A stretch of 64,000 nt of DNA from Desulfocapsaceae bacterium (GTDB lineage: Bacteria; Desulfobacterota; Desulfobulbia; Desulfobulbales; Desulfocapsaceae). Each line of letters starts with the position of its first letter. Positions within the stretch are counted from its first letter, which is position 1. Position numbers and translations under genes: made by a program. The stretch covers positions 8,265 to 72,264 of the forward strand of contig CALNZA010000020.1 in NCBI GenBank assembly GCA_942490935.1, written 5' to 3'. Under the pieces are notes generated by a model, which saw only the letters and a list, made by a program, of their open reading frames with translations, searched no databases and had not been told where the DNA came from. Below are positions 18,628 through 28,820 of the stretch, piece by piece.

Positions 18628-19803
18628 ATGGAAACAACCATTCGCACAGAAGCCAAGCCAATTAAACTCTGGCTACCTGACCCGGATGTTGACACGCTCC
18701 AGCAGGCAAAGAATCTGGCAAACCTGCCAGGTATCCATAGCCATATCGCGCTTATGCCGGATGCTCATGTCGGGTACGGCATGCCCATAGGCGGTATAGC
18801 TGCTACAACGGATATCATTATTCCCAATGCAGTGGGAGTAGACATAGGTTGTGGCGTGTGCGCCGTACAGAGCTCTCTGCATCAAGTTGACAAAAATAGT
18901 CTGAAAAAGATCCTTTCCGCGCTCAGGCAGGTAATTCCACGTGGATTTAAGCATCATCAGAAATCGCAGCCAGCAAATCATATGCCCAAACCTCCAAAAG
19001 GAGTGCCTCTTTCAGCCCTGCCTGTGGTATCGCGTGAATATTCAAGCGGGCGATGTCAGGTTGGTACGCTGGGGGGTGGTAATCATTTTATTGAAATTCA
19101 GCAGGATACTGAAGGCTACATCTGGCTGATGATCCACTCCGGCAGCAGAAATATTGGCTACAAAGTGGCTAATCATTATAATAAGCTCGCGGTCAAGTTC
19201 AACACTCAGCATGGTATGCCAATTCCTTCCCAGTGGCAGCTCGCCTCTTTGCCGCTTAACTCAGAACCCGGACAACTCTATCTTGCTGAAATGCAGTATT
19301 GCGTTGATTTCGCTCTTGCCAACAGGGCACTCATGATGGAAAGAGCAATCGATATTATACAGGAATATTGTGCTCCGGTCAGCTTTTCTGAAATGATCAA
19401 TGTGGCCCACAATTACGCTGCCCAAGAACACCATTTTGGAAAAAACGTCATGGTCCACCGCAAAGGTGCCACCCGAGCTGGAAAAGATGAAGTAGGTATC
19501 ATCCCTGGCTCACAGGGAGCAGTAAGTTATATTGTAAAGGGTAAGGGGAATGCTGACAGCTTCTGTTCCTGCTCCCATGGTGCTGGCAGGAAGCTTGGCA
19601 GAAAGCAGGCGCAACGACAACTTGATCTGGATAAAGAAATTACCCTGCTTGAAAAACAGCATATTATCCACGCCATCCGCGGAAAACGTGATCTGGAAGA
19701 GGCTCCGGGAGCGTATAAGGATATAGAGGAAGTTATAGAGAGGCAGTCTGATCTTATCTCCCCAATTACCAAGTTAAGGCCTCTGGCAGTAATCAAAGGA
19801 TAG
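18628..19803 (+). CDS. rtcB: RtcB family RNA ligase
   Basis: MPDAHVGYG, GVDIGCG, GGGNHF, HSGSR, HRKGAT, SHGAGR, EEAPGAYK. Confidence 0.95.
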   Translation: METTIRTEAKPIKLWLPDPDVDTLQQAKNLANLPGIHSHIALMPDAHVGYGMPIGGIAATTDIIIPNAVGVDIGCGVCAVQSSLHQVDKNSLKKILSALRQVIPRGFKHHQKSQPANHMPKPPKGVPLSALPVVSREYSSGRCQVGTLGGGNHFIEIQQDTEGYIWLMIHSGSRNIGYKVANHYNKLAVKFNTQHGMPIPSQWQLASLPLNSEPGQLYLAEMQYCVDFALANRALMMERAIDIIQEYCAPVSFSEMINVAHNYAAQEHHFGKNVMVHRKGATRAGKDEVGIIPGSQGAVSYIVKGKGNADSFCSCSHGAGRKLGRKQAQRQLDLDKEITLLEKQHIIHAIRGKRDLEEAPGAYKDIEEVIERQSDLISPITKLRPLAVIKG

Positions 19804-19810
19804 GCGAACA

Positions 19811-19866
19811 CCATCGATAAAGAAAAGGATCATGTTTCTCACAATGGTCTTTTTCTTTATTGATGG
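19811..19866. terminator. Long inverted repeat between convergent rtcB and pdxH (probable bidirectional terminator)
   Basis: CCATCGATAAAGAAAAGGATCAT...ATGGTCTTTTTCTTTATTGATGG. Confidence 0.65.
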
Positions 19867-19879
19867 AAAATTTTATAAG

Positions 19880-20524
19880 TTAAGGTGCGAGCCGCTCAAG
19901 GGCCCATCCGGAAGGTGTGTCCTGCGACGGGGTGTAAAGAAAACGGTCATGCAGTCGACTTTTTCGTCCCTGCCAGAACTCAACTTCACTTGGTGTTACC
20001 CGATATCCACCCCAGAATGAGGGCAACGGTACCTTGCCTTCACCAATCTTTGTTTTCATTTCCTGAAATTTCTGTAACAGAATCTGCCTGGAAGAGAGTT
20101 TATGACTCTGACTTGACACCCAGGCCGCAATCTGACTTTCCTTTGGTCTGGTCATGAAATATTTCGCCGATTCAGCAGTAGAAATTCGTTCAGCAGTACC
20201 GTTTATCTGCACCTGCCGCTCAAGTTCCAGCCAGACAAAAAGCAGACTCACCCTGCTGTTACCTTCTATTTCCCTGGCCTTTCTACTTTCAAAGTTGGTG
20301 AAAAAAACATACCCTTTTCCATCATAATACTTCAATAGCACTGTCCGCTGACTCGGCTGCCCATTCGGACCAACCGTAGACAAAATCATTGCTGTCGGAT
20401 CCGCAACACTGGTTTGGCGCGCCTGCTCAAACCATTGACTGAATTGCTTCTGGGGATCAGCGTCTAAATCTGCACGTGTTAATCCGCCCTTGAGATACTC
20501 TCTTCTAAACTGACTTAAATCCAC
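19880..20524 (-). CDS. pdxH: Pyridoxamine 5'-phosphate oxidase
   Basis: RTVLLK, FFTNFESRK, RQV, EFWQGRKSRLHDR, RLAP. Confidence 0.96.
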   Translation of the reverse strand: MDLSQFRREYLKGGLTRADLDADPQKQFSQWFEQARQTSVADPTAMILSTVGPNGQPSQRTVLLKYYDGKGYVFFTNFESRKAREIEGNSRVSLLFVWLELERQVQINGTAERISTAESAKYFMTRPKESQIAAWVSSQSHKLSSRQILLQKFQEMKTKIGEGKVPLPSFWGGYRVTPSEVEFWQGRKSRLHDRFLYTPSQDTPSGWALERLAP

Positions 20525-20554
20525 CTACTTCACCTCTACGTTCAATCGTACTGA

Positions 20555-20582
20555 ACAGGCGACTGCAGGAGCAGCCGCCTGT
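20555..20582 (-). terminator. Hairpin downstream of the Tim44 gene
   Basis: ACAGGCGACTGC-AGGA-GCAGCCGCCTGT; weak U tract. Confidence 0.45.
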
Positions 20583-20591
20583 CGGGACACA

Positions 20592-21527
20592 TTATTCGTT
20601 AACAACTTTGATTCCTTCAAGTTTCCAGTCTTGGCTTCGCACAGGACGTGCCCATGTCCACTCTTCTGCAAACTTGACAGGTGTAGTCATACTGCCCTCT
20701 ACCAGATCACCGGTGGAGTCACTGACAGTGTAGTCAAGCAGGTTGGCAGTAAAAAGAACAGTTACAAAATCTTCGTTCCCGGTGCTCCCCGCATCAGTAA
20801 TTTCAACTTTACGAATAGCAATAGATTCAAGTTTATTCAATATGCCTTTCTCACGCATTTCTTCAAAATGGTTGGCATATTCACTTGCAAGCTGATCACC
20901 TAGCAGGTGACGATAGGAGTCCAGATCTCTTCGCATCCAGCCTGCCTGAACCTGAAAAAAGACATCTGAAGCCACTTCTTTAAAATGGTTAATATCAAAT
21001 TGTGGGTCACTACGACGAAGCTCTGCAAGACCGTCCTCAGCAGACATGGACGATCCTGGAGGTGGCGGTGGGACGTCCCTCATAACATTGGTATTCATCG
21101 TTGAACCAGAACCTCCCATCTGCCCGGGGAAGCCACTCATACCACCCTGTTGAGAGTAGCCCGGAGGCCGTGTATTGCTTGTGTATTTACGATAGAGAAA
21201 ATATCCGACACCGCCCAGTATCAGGAGCGGGAGAATACCCATACCGCTTCCACCGGCACCAAACATAGAACCAAAAAGCATGCCACCAATAGCACCTCCA
21301 AGAAGGCCACCAGCAAGACCTCTTCCAAAGCCACCACTACCCTGATTCGTCGCACTTTTACTAGACGATGTAGTTTTTTTCACCGGCGCTTTATACGAAG
21401 AGCCAAAAGACTTCCCGCCCATCTTTGAACGAGCATCAGCATTGTCTGCCAGGAAGCTTCCACCCGCCAGAAAAAGACCCACCAACACAACCAGAATCGG
21501 AACAAATTTTCGATAGAGGTTCATCAT
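20592..21527 (-). CDS. Tim44 domain-containing membrane protein
   Basis: ARSKMGGKSFG N-terminus, Gly-rich TM region, DPQFD...QAGW...EEWTW Tim44 domain. Confidence 0.88.
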   Translation of the reverse strand: MMNLYRKFVPILVVLVGLFLAGGSFLADNADARSKMGGKSFGSSYKAPVKKTTSSSKSATNQGSGGFGRGLAGGLLGGAIGGMLFGSMFGAGGSGMGILPLLILGGVGYFLYRKYTSNTRPPGYSQQGGMSGFPGQMGGSGSTMNTNVMRDVPPPPPGSSMSAEDGLAELRRSDPQFDINHFKEVASDVFFQVQAGWMRRDLDSYRHLLGDQLASEYANHFEEMREKGILNKLESIAIRKVEITDAGSTGNEDFVTVLFTANLLDYTVSDSTGDLVEGSMTTPVKFAEEWTWARPVRSQDWKLEGIKVVNE

Positions 21528-21961
21528 TGTTTTCCATTTACAAAGTGAAGAGTTAACCCCATAAAGCACAAATACTAACTCCGCAGTCCATTACACAGCT
21601 ACAAGTGACCAACTGTACACTGACGAAGCAATACCACACAATACAGGACTGAAATTACTACAATATTTTTTATCGGAGAAACATCTTCTCCGTAAACAGC
21701 AGTTTTGCGATGGTATCAGGAGACGGATAAAATGTCATGTGAAATCAGTTTACCCGTAACCATCGTTTCTCTTTCCACAATACCACGGCACGCCAGAGAG
21801 GCGATCAGTGTAAAATCCACTCTAGTATAAGTATGAATGAATGGCAGGCAAGGCCCTGAAAGGATAATTCAAAGAAGGAGCAAGCAGCGGTAAAGAGAAA
21901 ATCTTTACGTAACAATGAGAGATTTTGCTCTATTAACCAGAATGATTAAGATACCAGAATG

Positions 21962-24076
21962 TCATGTTTCATCAACAGATCTATCATCAAGGATCTGGCG
22001 CACGGCCTGGCTAAGGAGTGTCATGCTGAGGGGTTTCATCAGCACTTTTCGGATGCCAATCTGTCTTGCTTCATTTTCACTTATGGCAGCAGAGTAACCT
22101 GAATACAGGATTACAGGCATTGCCGGTGCAACATCCCTAATTGCTCTGGCTAATTCGATTCCAGAAAGACCGGGCATCGTTTGGTCAGTGATGACCAGAT
22201 CATATTTCGTAGAGTGGGATTCAAAAGATTTTCGTGCTTCAACGCCGCTGGTCATGATATCTACAGCATAACCTAGCTTTTTCAGCATCTCGCCAGCCAT
22301 CTCTGCAAGTGTCTCTTCGTCATCCACAAACAGAATACGTTCATTCCCCTTAGGCATTTCGAAATTTGCAGCCTGAAAATGACTCTCTTCAGGCTCTTCA
22401 GCACACGGGAAGTACACACGAAAAATACTCCCTTTCCCAGATTCACTGTTCACTATAACTGCACCTCCAGAAGCGCGCACGATTCCGTGCACCATGGCAA
22501 GGCCAAGCCCTGTACCCTCACCTTTTTCTTTAGTGGTGTAGTATGGGTCAAAAATTCGCCCTAAAACCTCTGGTGGAATTCCCTTACCGGTATCCTTAAC
22601 AGTCAGTTGCAAACATCTCCTGCCAGCCAGTTGCTCGAGATCTTTATCGTTTCTGTCAGTTTCAACACGTGCAAGCTCAATGGTAAGCACACCATCCTGG
22701 CCCTGCATGGCATGCGCTGCATTGGTGCAGAGATTCATAAGCACCTGATGGATTCTGCCAGGATCTGCATTGATCATCCCCAAGCCGTCAGTGACATTTT
22801 TTTCTATTGTTATGGATGAAGGAATACTTGCTCGTAATAATTTCAGAGCTTCGGTAATTACAGGAACAATATCTATGGCTGCAACCCTTGATTCTTCAGT
22901 TCTGCTGAATGAGAGAATCTGATGGACCAGTTCCCGTGCTCGCTGGCCTGCCTTTTTGACCTGCTCCAAATTATTCTTTAACTGTAGAGGCAGATCTGGA
23001 GAAAATAAACTTAGGTCGGTATACCCTACAATTGCAGAAAGGATATTATTGAAATCATGCGCAATGCCTCCGGCAAGCGTGCCAACTGCCTCAAGTTTCT
23101 GGGATTGCAGCATCAACTCTTCGTTACGTTTTGCACTCTCTTCAGCCTCGGCAGTCTGGAGTGCCTCTGCAGCAAATGAAGCGAGGATAGCACCAATTTC
23201 CCGATCATGAGGGGCAAAAACTCCATGTTCCGGGTTATGGAGACTGAGTATCGCAAAAACGTTCCCACTATGATTCCAGAATGGAAAAACGATACACGAT
23301 GGACTGGAGTAACCTGCCCATCCACTCCTAATGCCACCATCTTCAACAATATTTTCTATGATAAACGGCTCTTTGGCTTCCAAAGCCCGAGACAGCACAC
23401 TACCCTCCGGAAGAGGTATCGCCATAGAATCGACAGCATGCCCACTATCTATACTGAATACCCAGCGTAGCTGACTCTCAGTAACCTCATAAAAAGATCC
23501 ACCTTGAGCTTTTAGATGATACCCGAACTCTTGTAATATTATCGGGCCGCTTTCATCAATACCTCCACAGCCTATCAGTTTTTTCGTCGACTCAATCACT
23601 TTTTGAAGCCGGGTGTAAAGAAGAGTCAATTCTGCCGTCTTTTCTCTTACTTCAGCCTCAAGCAACCCCTGGTATCTTTTATTATCTTGAATCAGTTGGG
23701 ATCGTTCCAGGCCTTTCTCAATACCATGTAACAGTATTGACATGTCACCAATCGGCTTCATCAAATAGTCAGTTGCGCCCAGCCGCAGAGCCTTGACAAC
23801 ATCGTCAATATCTCCAGCACCGGAAATGACAATTACCGGTAAATCCGGGTTGGTCTTCCGTACCTCAGACAATACCTCAAAGCCATCCATCTCCGGCATA
23901 TGCAGATCAAGCAATATCAGGTCAATCTGTTCACGTTGATACTTTTGTATACCGAGACGACCGTTTTCCGCCTCAAACACCGTATAGCTGTGATCCTCCA
24001 GATACGCGCGAATACCCCAGCGAATAGTAGGCTCATCATCGACTAACAAGATAACCGGCTTCAGACCACCATTCAT
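21962..24076 (-). CDS. Cytoplasmic hybrid histidine kinase (REC-GAF-HisKA-HATPase-REC)
   Basis: N-terminal receiver; GGIAHDFNN H-box; NLCTNA; GTGLGL; C-terminal receiver TDQTMP. Confidence 0.92.
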   Translation of the reverse strand: MNGGLKPVILLVDDEPTIRWGIRAYLEDHSYTVFEAENGRLGIQKYQREQIDLILLDLHMPEMDGFEVLSEVRKTNPDLPVIVISGAGDIDDVVKALRLGATDYLMKPIGDMSILLHGIEKGLERSQLIQDNKRYQGLLEAEVREKTAELTLLYTRLQKVIESTKKLIGCGGIDESGPIILQEFGYHLKAQGGSFYEVTESQLRWVFSIDSGHAVDSMAIPLPEGSVLSRALEAKEPFIIENIVEDGGIRSGWAGYSSPSCIVFPFWNHSGNVFAILSLHNPEHGVFAPHDREIGAILASFAAEALQTAEAEESAKRNEELMLQSQKLEAVGTLAGGIAHDFNNILSAIVGYTDLSLFSPDLPLQLKNNLEQVKKAGQRARELVHQILSFSRTEESRVAAIDIVPVITEALKLLRASIPSSITIEKNVTDGLGMINADPGRIHQVLMNLCTNAAHAMQGQDGVLTIELARVETDRNDKDLEQLAGRRCLQLTVKDTGKGIPPEVLGRIFDPYYTTKEKGEGTGLGLAMVHGIVRASGGAVIVNSESGKGSIFRVYFPCAEEPEESHFQAANFEMPKGNERILFVDDEETLAEMAGEMLKKLGYAVDIMTSGVEARKSFESHSTKYDLVITDQTMPGLSGIELARAIRDVAPAMPVILYSGYSAAISENEARQIGIRKVLMKPLSMTLLSQAVRQILDDRSVDET

Positions 24077-24478
24077 GAGATGGTACTCCAGCTTACTATC
24101 TTACCATATGATTTAACTGCTATTTCATTCTGCATAGAGATGCCAGGTTCCCATTACAAATAACTTGAAAAATACGTGTGGATTTTCTACCCTCGAGACA
24201 AACTCTTTCTAATCCCCTACTCTGGCCTATTCGCCTTCAACACTATTAGTATATATTCCTACTTTCACGAATGTCAAACTGTGAAAAAAACAGTGTTATC
24301 AAAACAAACTGCTACAGCCAGAGAGCTCTGCTCCTGAAATGGCAGTAGCAATCACAGGCAACCGTTGCGTATTCTCCTTGCTCTCAAAGCATACTGATGC
24401 TACGTATAGTCGTTCATATAGAACTTCAGCCGTTGGCTGATCTCTAAAAAGATTCTCCCAAACGTTGCAAGCCACCAG

Positions 24479-26011
24479 ATGAATATACTCCTGCTCCACC
24501 CGCCACAGGCTAAAGCTGCGGAACCGCCTGCCGGCATTCCATTACTTGCAGCCACCCTTCGTGCCCATGACTGCAACTGCACAGTCTGCGATTTGAACAT
24601 TGAAAGTTTACATTACCTTTTAGAAAACTGCCTACCAGCTGAGGATACATGGTCAAAACGTGCGATAAAAAACCGTCATCGTCACCTTGAAAGCCTTTGC
24701 TCAGAATCGACCTATACAGTTCCTGACAAATATAAACGAGCTGTTGCTGATCTGAACAGGTTAGTCGAAAATAGTGGCAAAACAAAAGGCCTCAGCCTGA
24801 ACCTTGCCAATTATCAGGATTCACACCTTTCACCTCTCAAAAGTGAAGATCTTCTCTATTCTGCAGAGCACTATCAGGATAACCTTTTTTATCCACATTT
24901 CTCAAAACGACTCCGTCAGTTAATAGAAGATACAACCCCTGCATATATCGGTATATCACTCAACTATCTGAGCCAGGCTCTTTGTACATTTGCCCTTATA
25001 GGTTTTATCAAAAGCTGCTTTCCCGAACTACAACTTATTCTTGGCGGTGGCCTGGTCACCACATGGCTGCAAAGCCCCAACTGGAATGACCCTTTTCGCG
25101 GCCTGGTAGACCACCTGATAGGCGGGCCTGGAGAGCTACCACTACTTCAGCTGTTAAAACCTGGAACAATTGCCAGTCGCTGTCGACCAGACTACTCAGA
25201 CCTACTCCACCACAACTATCTGGCACCGGGCACGATCCTGCCCTATGCGGCCTCAACGGGGTGTTTTTGGCGCAAATGTTCATTTTGCCCTGAAACCAGT
25301 GAACGTAACCCGTACAAGCAGGTTGCGGTGGATACCGCGATGAGCGAAATAAACTCCCTTGTACAGGAGACTAAACCTCGGCTGGTTCATTTTCTAGATA
25401 ACGCACTCAGCCCGGCTATGCTGGAGGCGCTGACACAATCGTCTCTGGAACTTCCCTGGTACGGATTTGTCCGTTTTACCGATCATCTTACAGACCCAGA
25501 CTTCTGCAGACAATTGAAACGTTCCGGCTGTGTGATGCTGAAACTTGGACTCGAATCTGGCAGCCAGGCAGTGCTCAACCAGATGGACAAGGGGATTGAT
25601 CTACAATTGGTACATGCGGCACTAGCTGCTCTCCATCAGGCAGGAATTATGACCTATGTGTATCTATTATTTGGCACACCAGCTGAATCTCTTACTGAGG
25701 CCAGGCAGACCCTTACCTATGTTGCCGAACGTCATAAGCAGATCACCTTTTTAAACCTTGCTATATTTAATCTTCCTGCAGGTAGCAGCCAAAGTGATAC
25801 ACTGGAGACACAAGATTTTTATGACGGAGATCTCTCAATCTATACGGATTTCAAACATCCCAGAGGCTGGAACCGCAAGGAAATCCGTCGCTTCCTCGAA
25901 AACGAATTTAAAAAAGAGCCGGTCATTCACCAAATTTTACAAAATGACCCTCTCTATTTCACCTCGAATCATGCACCATTTTTCAGATCAACACACAAAT
26001 TCAGGAAATAG
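24479..26011 (+). CDS. B12-binding-domain radical SAM protein
   Basis: LLLHPP N-terminus, CFWRKCSFC triad, GLESGS. Confidence 0.85.
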   Translation: MNILLLHPPQAKAAEPPAGIPLLAATLRAHDCNCTVCDLNIESLHYLLENCLPAEDTWSKRAIKNRHRHLESLCSESTYTVPDKYKRAVADLNRLVENSGKTKGLSLNLANYQDSHLSPLKSEDLLYSAEHYQDNLFYPHFSKRLRQLIEDTTPAYIGISLNYLSQALCTFALIGFIKSCFPELQLILGGGLVTTWLQSPNWNDPFRGLVDHLIGGPGELPLLQLLKPGTIASRCRPDYSDLLHHNYLAPGTILPYAASTGCFWRKCSFCPETSERNPYKQVAVDTAMSEINSLVQETKPRLVHFLDNALSPAMLEALTQSSLELPWYGFVRFTDHLTDPDFCRQLKRSGCVMLKLGLESGSQAVLNQMDKGIDLQLVHAALAALHQAGIMTYVYLLFGTPAESLTEARQTLTYVAERHKQITFLNLAIFNLPAGSSQSDTLETQDFYDGDLSIYTDFKHPRGWNRKEIRRFLENEFKKEPVIHQILQNDPLYFTSNHAPFFRSTHKFRK

Positions 26012-26027
26012 AGCATAATGCAGATAC

Positions 26028-26064
26028 AAAAAGCCCCGGATATGATGATACCATATCCGGGGCT
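26028..26064 (-). terminator. Intrinsic terminator
   Basis: 13-bp stem AGCCCCGGATATG/CATATCCGGGGCT with U tract on the minus strand. Confidence 0.8.
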
Positions 26065-26088
26065 ATAGAAAATCTGGTCTTCGTTTCA

Positions 26089-26517
26089 TTAGCCGATGCT
26101 AACCAACTCCAGAGCAAAGGTCAGATCTTTACCCGCCAACGGTGGGTTGGCATCAAGCACAATAACCTTATCCGTCAAGCCAGCCACGGTCACTTGAAGC
26201 AGCTGCCCGTCGGCACCACCAACTTCAAGCCGCATTCCGACCTCTGGGTTCAGATCTGGTGGAACCTGCTCAAGTGCCACTTCCATAATCATCTCATTCT
26301 GGACTTCACCATAGGCCTTTGCACACGGGATGAGAACAGTTTTCTTATCACCAACCTGCATACCGGAAACACCCTCGTCAAATCCTTCTATCACCTGGCC
26401 ACTACCAATCTGAAATTCCAGTGGGTCACCACCATTTGAGCTATCAAACACGGTACCATCATCAAGTGTTCCAGTGTAGTGTACTTTAACCTTATCACCT
26501 TTTTTAGCCTGCTGCAT
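26089..26517 (-). CDS. FKBP-type peptidyl-prolyl isomerase (SlpA/SlyD-like, no His tail)
   Basis: VKVHYTG, FDSS, AYG, DANPPLAGKDLTF; AGGAG RBS before ATG 26517. Confidence 0.92.
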   Translation of the reverse strand: MQQAKKGDKVKVHYTGTLDDGTVFDSSNGGDPLEFQIGSGQVIEGFDEGVSGMQVGDKKTVLIPCAKAYGEVQNEMIMEVALEQVPPDLNPEVGMRLEVGGADGQLLQVTVAGLTDKVIVLDANPPLAGKDLTFALELVSIG

Positions 26518-26945
26518 TACTACTCCTCTTGCCGTCAATCTGTTCGGCGTTTTTGGTTCACGGTATAATTGGAGGGATTATCTCCAGTTGTTTTGCTAAT
26601 TTATAAACACTATCCGGGGTTGCGTCTTCTAATCATTGTAAAAAAGTTGCCCCCCTACAGTTTTGCAGCCTTTCCCAATCATCAATTTACGCTGAGCAGG
26701 GTCAGCTACTATACCATAATACAGTCGTTGAGAACAGGTTCTATTCACCGAATCCGACAAAGATTGTATACAATATAGCGCAATACCACTTGCACGAACT
26801 GACGCAGCTCTATTTAGATTTTTTTACCCTTTTTCTTTTAAGGACACTGTAGTAATTTCCACAAGTGATGGAGAACTGCGGGCAGCATTGGGTCATACCG
26901 TTCTATAACACAACTTTCTTTTAGAAATACGAAGCAGAGACATAC

Positions 26946-28691
26946 ATGAATAAGACAAAGATAATTGCCACACTTGGACCTCAATGTGAAACTGTTGAAC
27001 AAATAACAAAATTCATCACTGCGGGTATGAACGTTGCCCGAATCAATCTCTCACATGGAAACCGCAAAAGTCATCAAAACTTGATTGACCTGGTTAAACG
27101 AGCACGACAGCAGGCTGGTACTGATACAGCGATTCTTTTAGACACCAGAGGCCCTGAAATGCGGGTTCAGGAACTCTCAGAAGGAATCGACCTCATCACA
27201 GGCCAGGAACTCATTATATCTCCGCAACCATCTGACTGCCCTGCCAGCCGTATCGGTATCAATTATACTGGATTTGCACATGATGTAGAAATCGGTTGCC
27301 GGGTTTTACTCGATGACGGCAAACTCGTCCTTGAAGTTATAGCCATTGAAGGCCAAGAGGTTAAAACAACCGTTCTATCTGGAGGCCGTCTTACCAGTCG
27401 TAAACGAGTCGCCTTACCAGGGATGGCTGTCAACCTGCCCTCACTCTCAGAAGAAGACAAGGCTGATATCGCCTTTGGTGTTGATCAGGAGGTTGATTTT
27501 ATTGCTGCCTCCTTTGTCCGCCAGGCAGATGACGTCTGGGCTGTTCGTAAAATTATCGAAATAAATGGTGGCCGCCAGGCAATAATTGCCAAAATAGAGA
27601 ACAGACAAGGCGTCGAAAATATACAGAAAATACTTAAAGCAGCGGAAGGCCTCATGGTGGCTCGCGGTGATCTAGGCGTGGAAATGCCGGCAGAAGAGGT
27701 GCCGGTAATTCAGAAACGGCTTATAAAGGCAGCAAACCAGGCTGGAAAACCTGTTATCACCGCCACCCAGATGCTGGAGTCAATGATAACCAACCCTTCA
27801 CCAACCCGAGCAGAAGCAAGTGATGTAACCAATGCCATCTTTGATGGTACCGATGCAGTGATGCTCTCGGCAGAAACAGCAGTAGGTCAGAATCCTCTGG
27901 ATGCCATTCGCTTTCTGACCCGCTGTGCTACGATTGCCGAAGCGTCGCTCGACTATGATGAGATTCTTGCAGCCGGTCTCCGACATCGCCGTGCTATTGT
28001 CACCGACGCTATTTCCTATGCCAGCTGCGCCACAGCCGCAGACCTCCAGGCAGCAGCAATTATTGCCACCACATCATCAGGATCTACAGCAAGAATGGTT
28101 GCCCGATATCGCCCTAAAGCACCGATCATTGCTGTCAGCCCAAATATCACAACAGTCCGCCAGCTCCAGCTTATTAGAGGTGTTGAGCCACTCGTGTCAG
28201 CACCTGCAAGCAATATGGATGAACAGCTTGACATGTCAATTCATGCTGCAACCCAGGCCCACCTTGTACAAAATGGTGATCTGGTGATTATCACCGCCGG
28301 CCTGCCGATCCAAACCATGGGGACAACCAACATGCTGAAAGTACATACAGTTGCAGACGTATGCTATACAGGTCAGGGAATTGGCACCACCATGATAGAC
28401 GGGGAAGTCCGTATTATTGAAAGGGAGGACGACTGGGAAAACCTCCCGCATAACGCCATCGTTGTCCTTGAAGCAACTGATCACAACATGCTGGACAACC
28501 TGACGCATGTGCGTGGCATAATTGCCGAGCAGCCTGGTTTAACTTCCCATGCTGCCATCATTGGACGAGAGCTTGAAATTCCGGTCATATGTAACGTCAC
28601 GAACGCCACCAGATTATTTGAAAACGGTCAGACCGTCACTATCGATGGAGGTACAGGGCAAATCTGCTATGGCCGTTTACGTGGACAATAA
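26946..28691 (+). CDS. pyk: Pyruvate kinase with C-terminal PEP-utilising swivel domain
   Basis: TKIIATLGP, ARINLSHG, MVARGDLGVE, ATQMLESM, PTRAE; TSHAAI tail domain. Confidence 0.96.
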   Translation: MNKTKIIATLGPQCETVEQITKFITAGMNVARINLSHGNRKSHQNLIDLVKRARQQAGTDTAILLDTRGPEMRVQELSEGIDLITGQELIISPQPSDCPASRIGINYTGFAHDVEIGCRVLLDDGKLVLEVIAIEGQEVKTTVLSGGRLTSRKRVALPGMAVNLPSLSEEDKADIAFGVDQEVDFIAASFVRQADDVWAVRKIIEINGGRQAIIAKIENRQGVENIQKILKAAEGLMVARGDLGVEMPAEEVPVIQKRLIKAANQAGKPVITATQMLESMITNPSPTRAEASDVTNAIFDGTDAVMLSAETAVGQNPLDAIRFLTRCATIAEASLDYDEILAAGLRHRRAIVTDAISYASCATAADLQAAAIIATTSSGSTARMVARYRPKAPIIAVSPNITTVRQLQLIRGVEPLVSAPASNMDEQLDMSIHAATQAHLVQNGDLVIITAGLPIQTMGTTNMLKVHTVADVCYTGQGIGTTMIDGEVRIIEREDDWENLPHNAIVVLEATDHNMLDNLTHVRGIIAEQPGLTSHAAIIGRELEIPVICNVTNATRLFENGQTVTIDGGTGQICYGRLRGQ

Positions 28692-28708
28692 GTTGTATAA
28701 CCACAAAC

Positions 28709-28746
28709 AATGAGGCCGCAAACTGGATAACCTGCGACCTCATTTC
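28709..28746 (+). terminator. Probable terminator after pyk
   Basis: AATGAGGCCGCA...TGCGACCTCATT hairpin followed by TT. Confidence 0.55.
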
Positions 28747-28820
28747 TGCCTCATGCCCCATAGAGGCCAGTCATGCAAAACCTTGAAGCTGCCATCAGCT
28801 GAGCTGGTGAGAAATTCGGG

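Noticed and set aside
24131-24145. Sigma54-like TGGCATCTCTATGCA upstream of the hybrid kinase
   Set aside because: GG-to-GC spacing is 9 nt rather than the required 10
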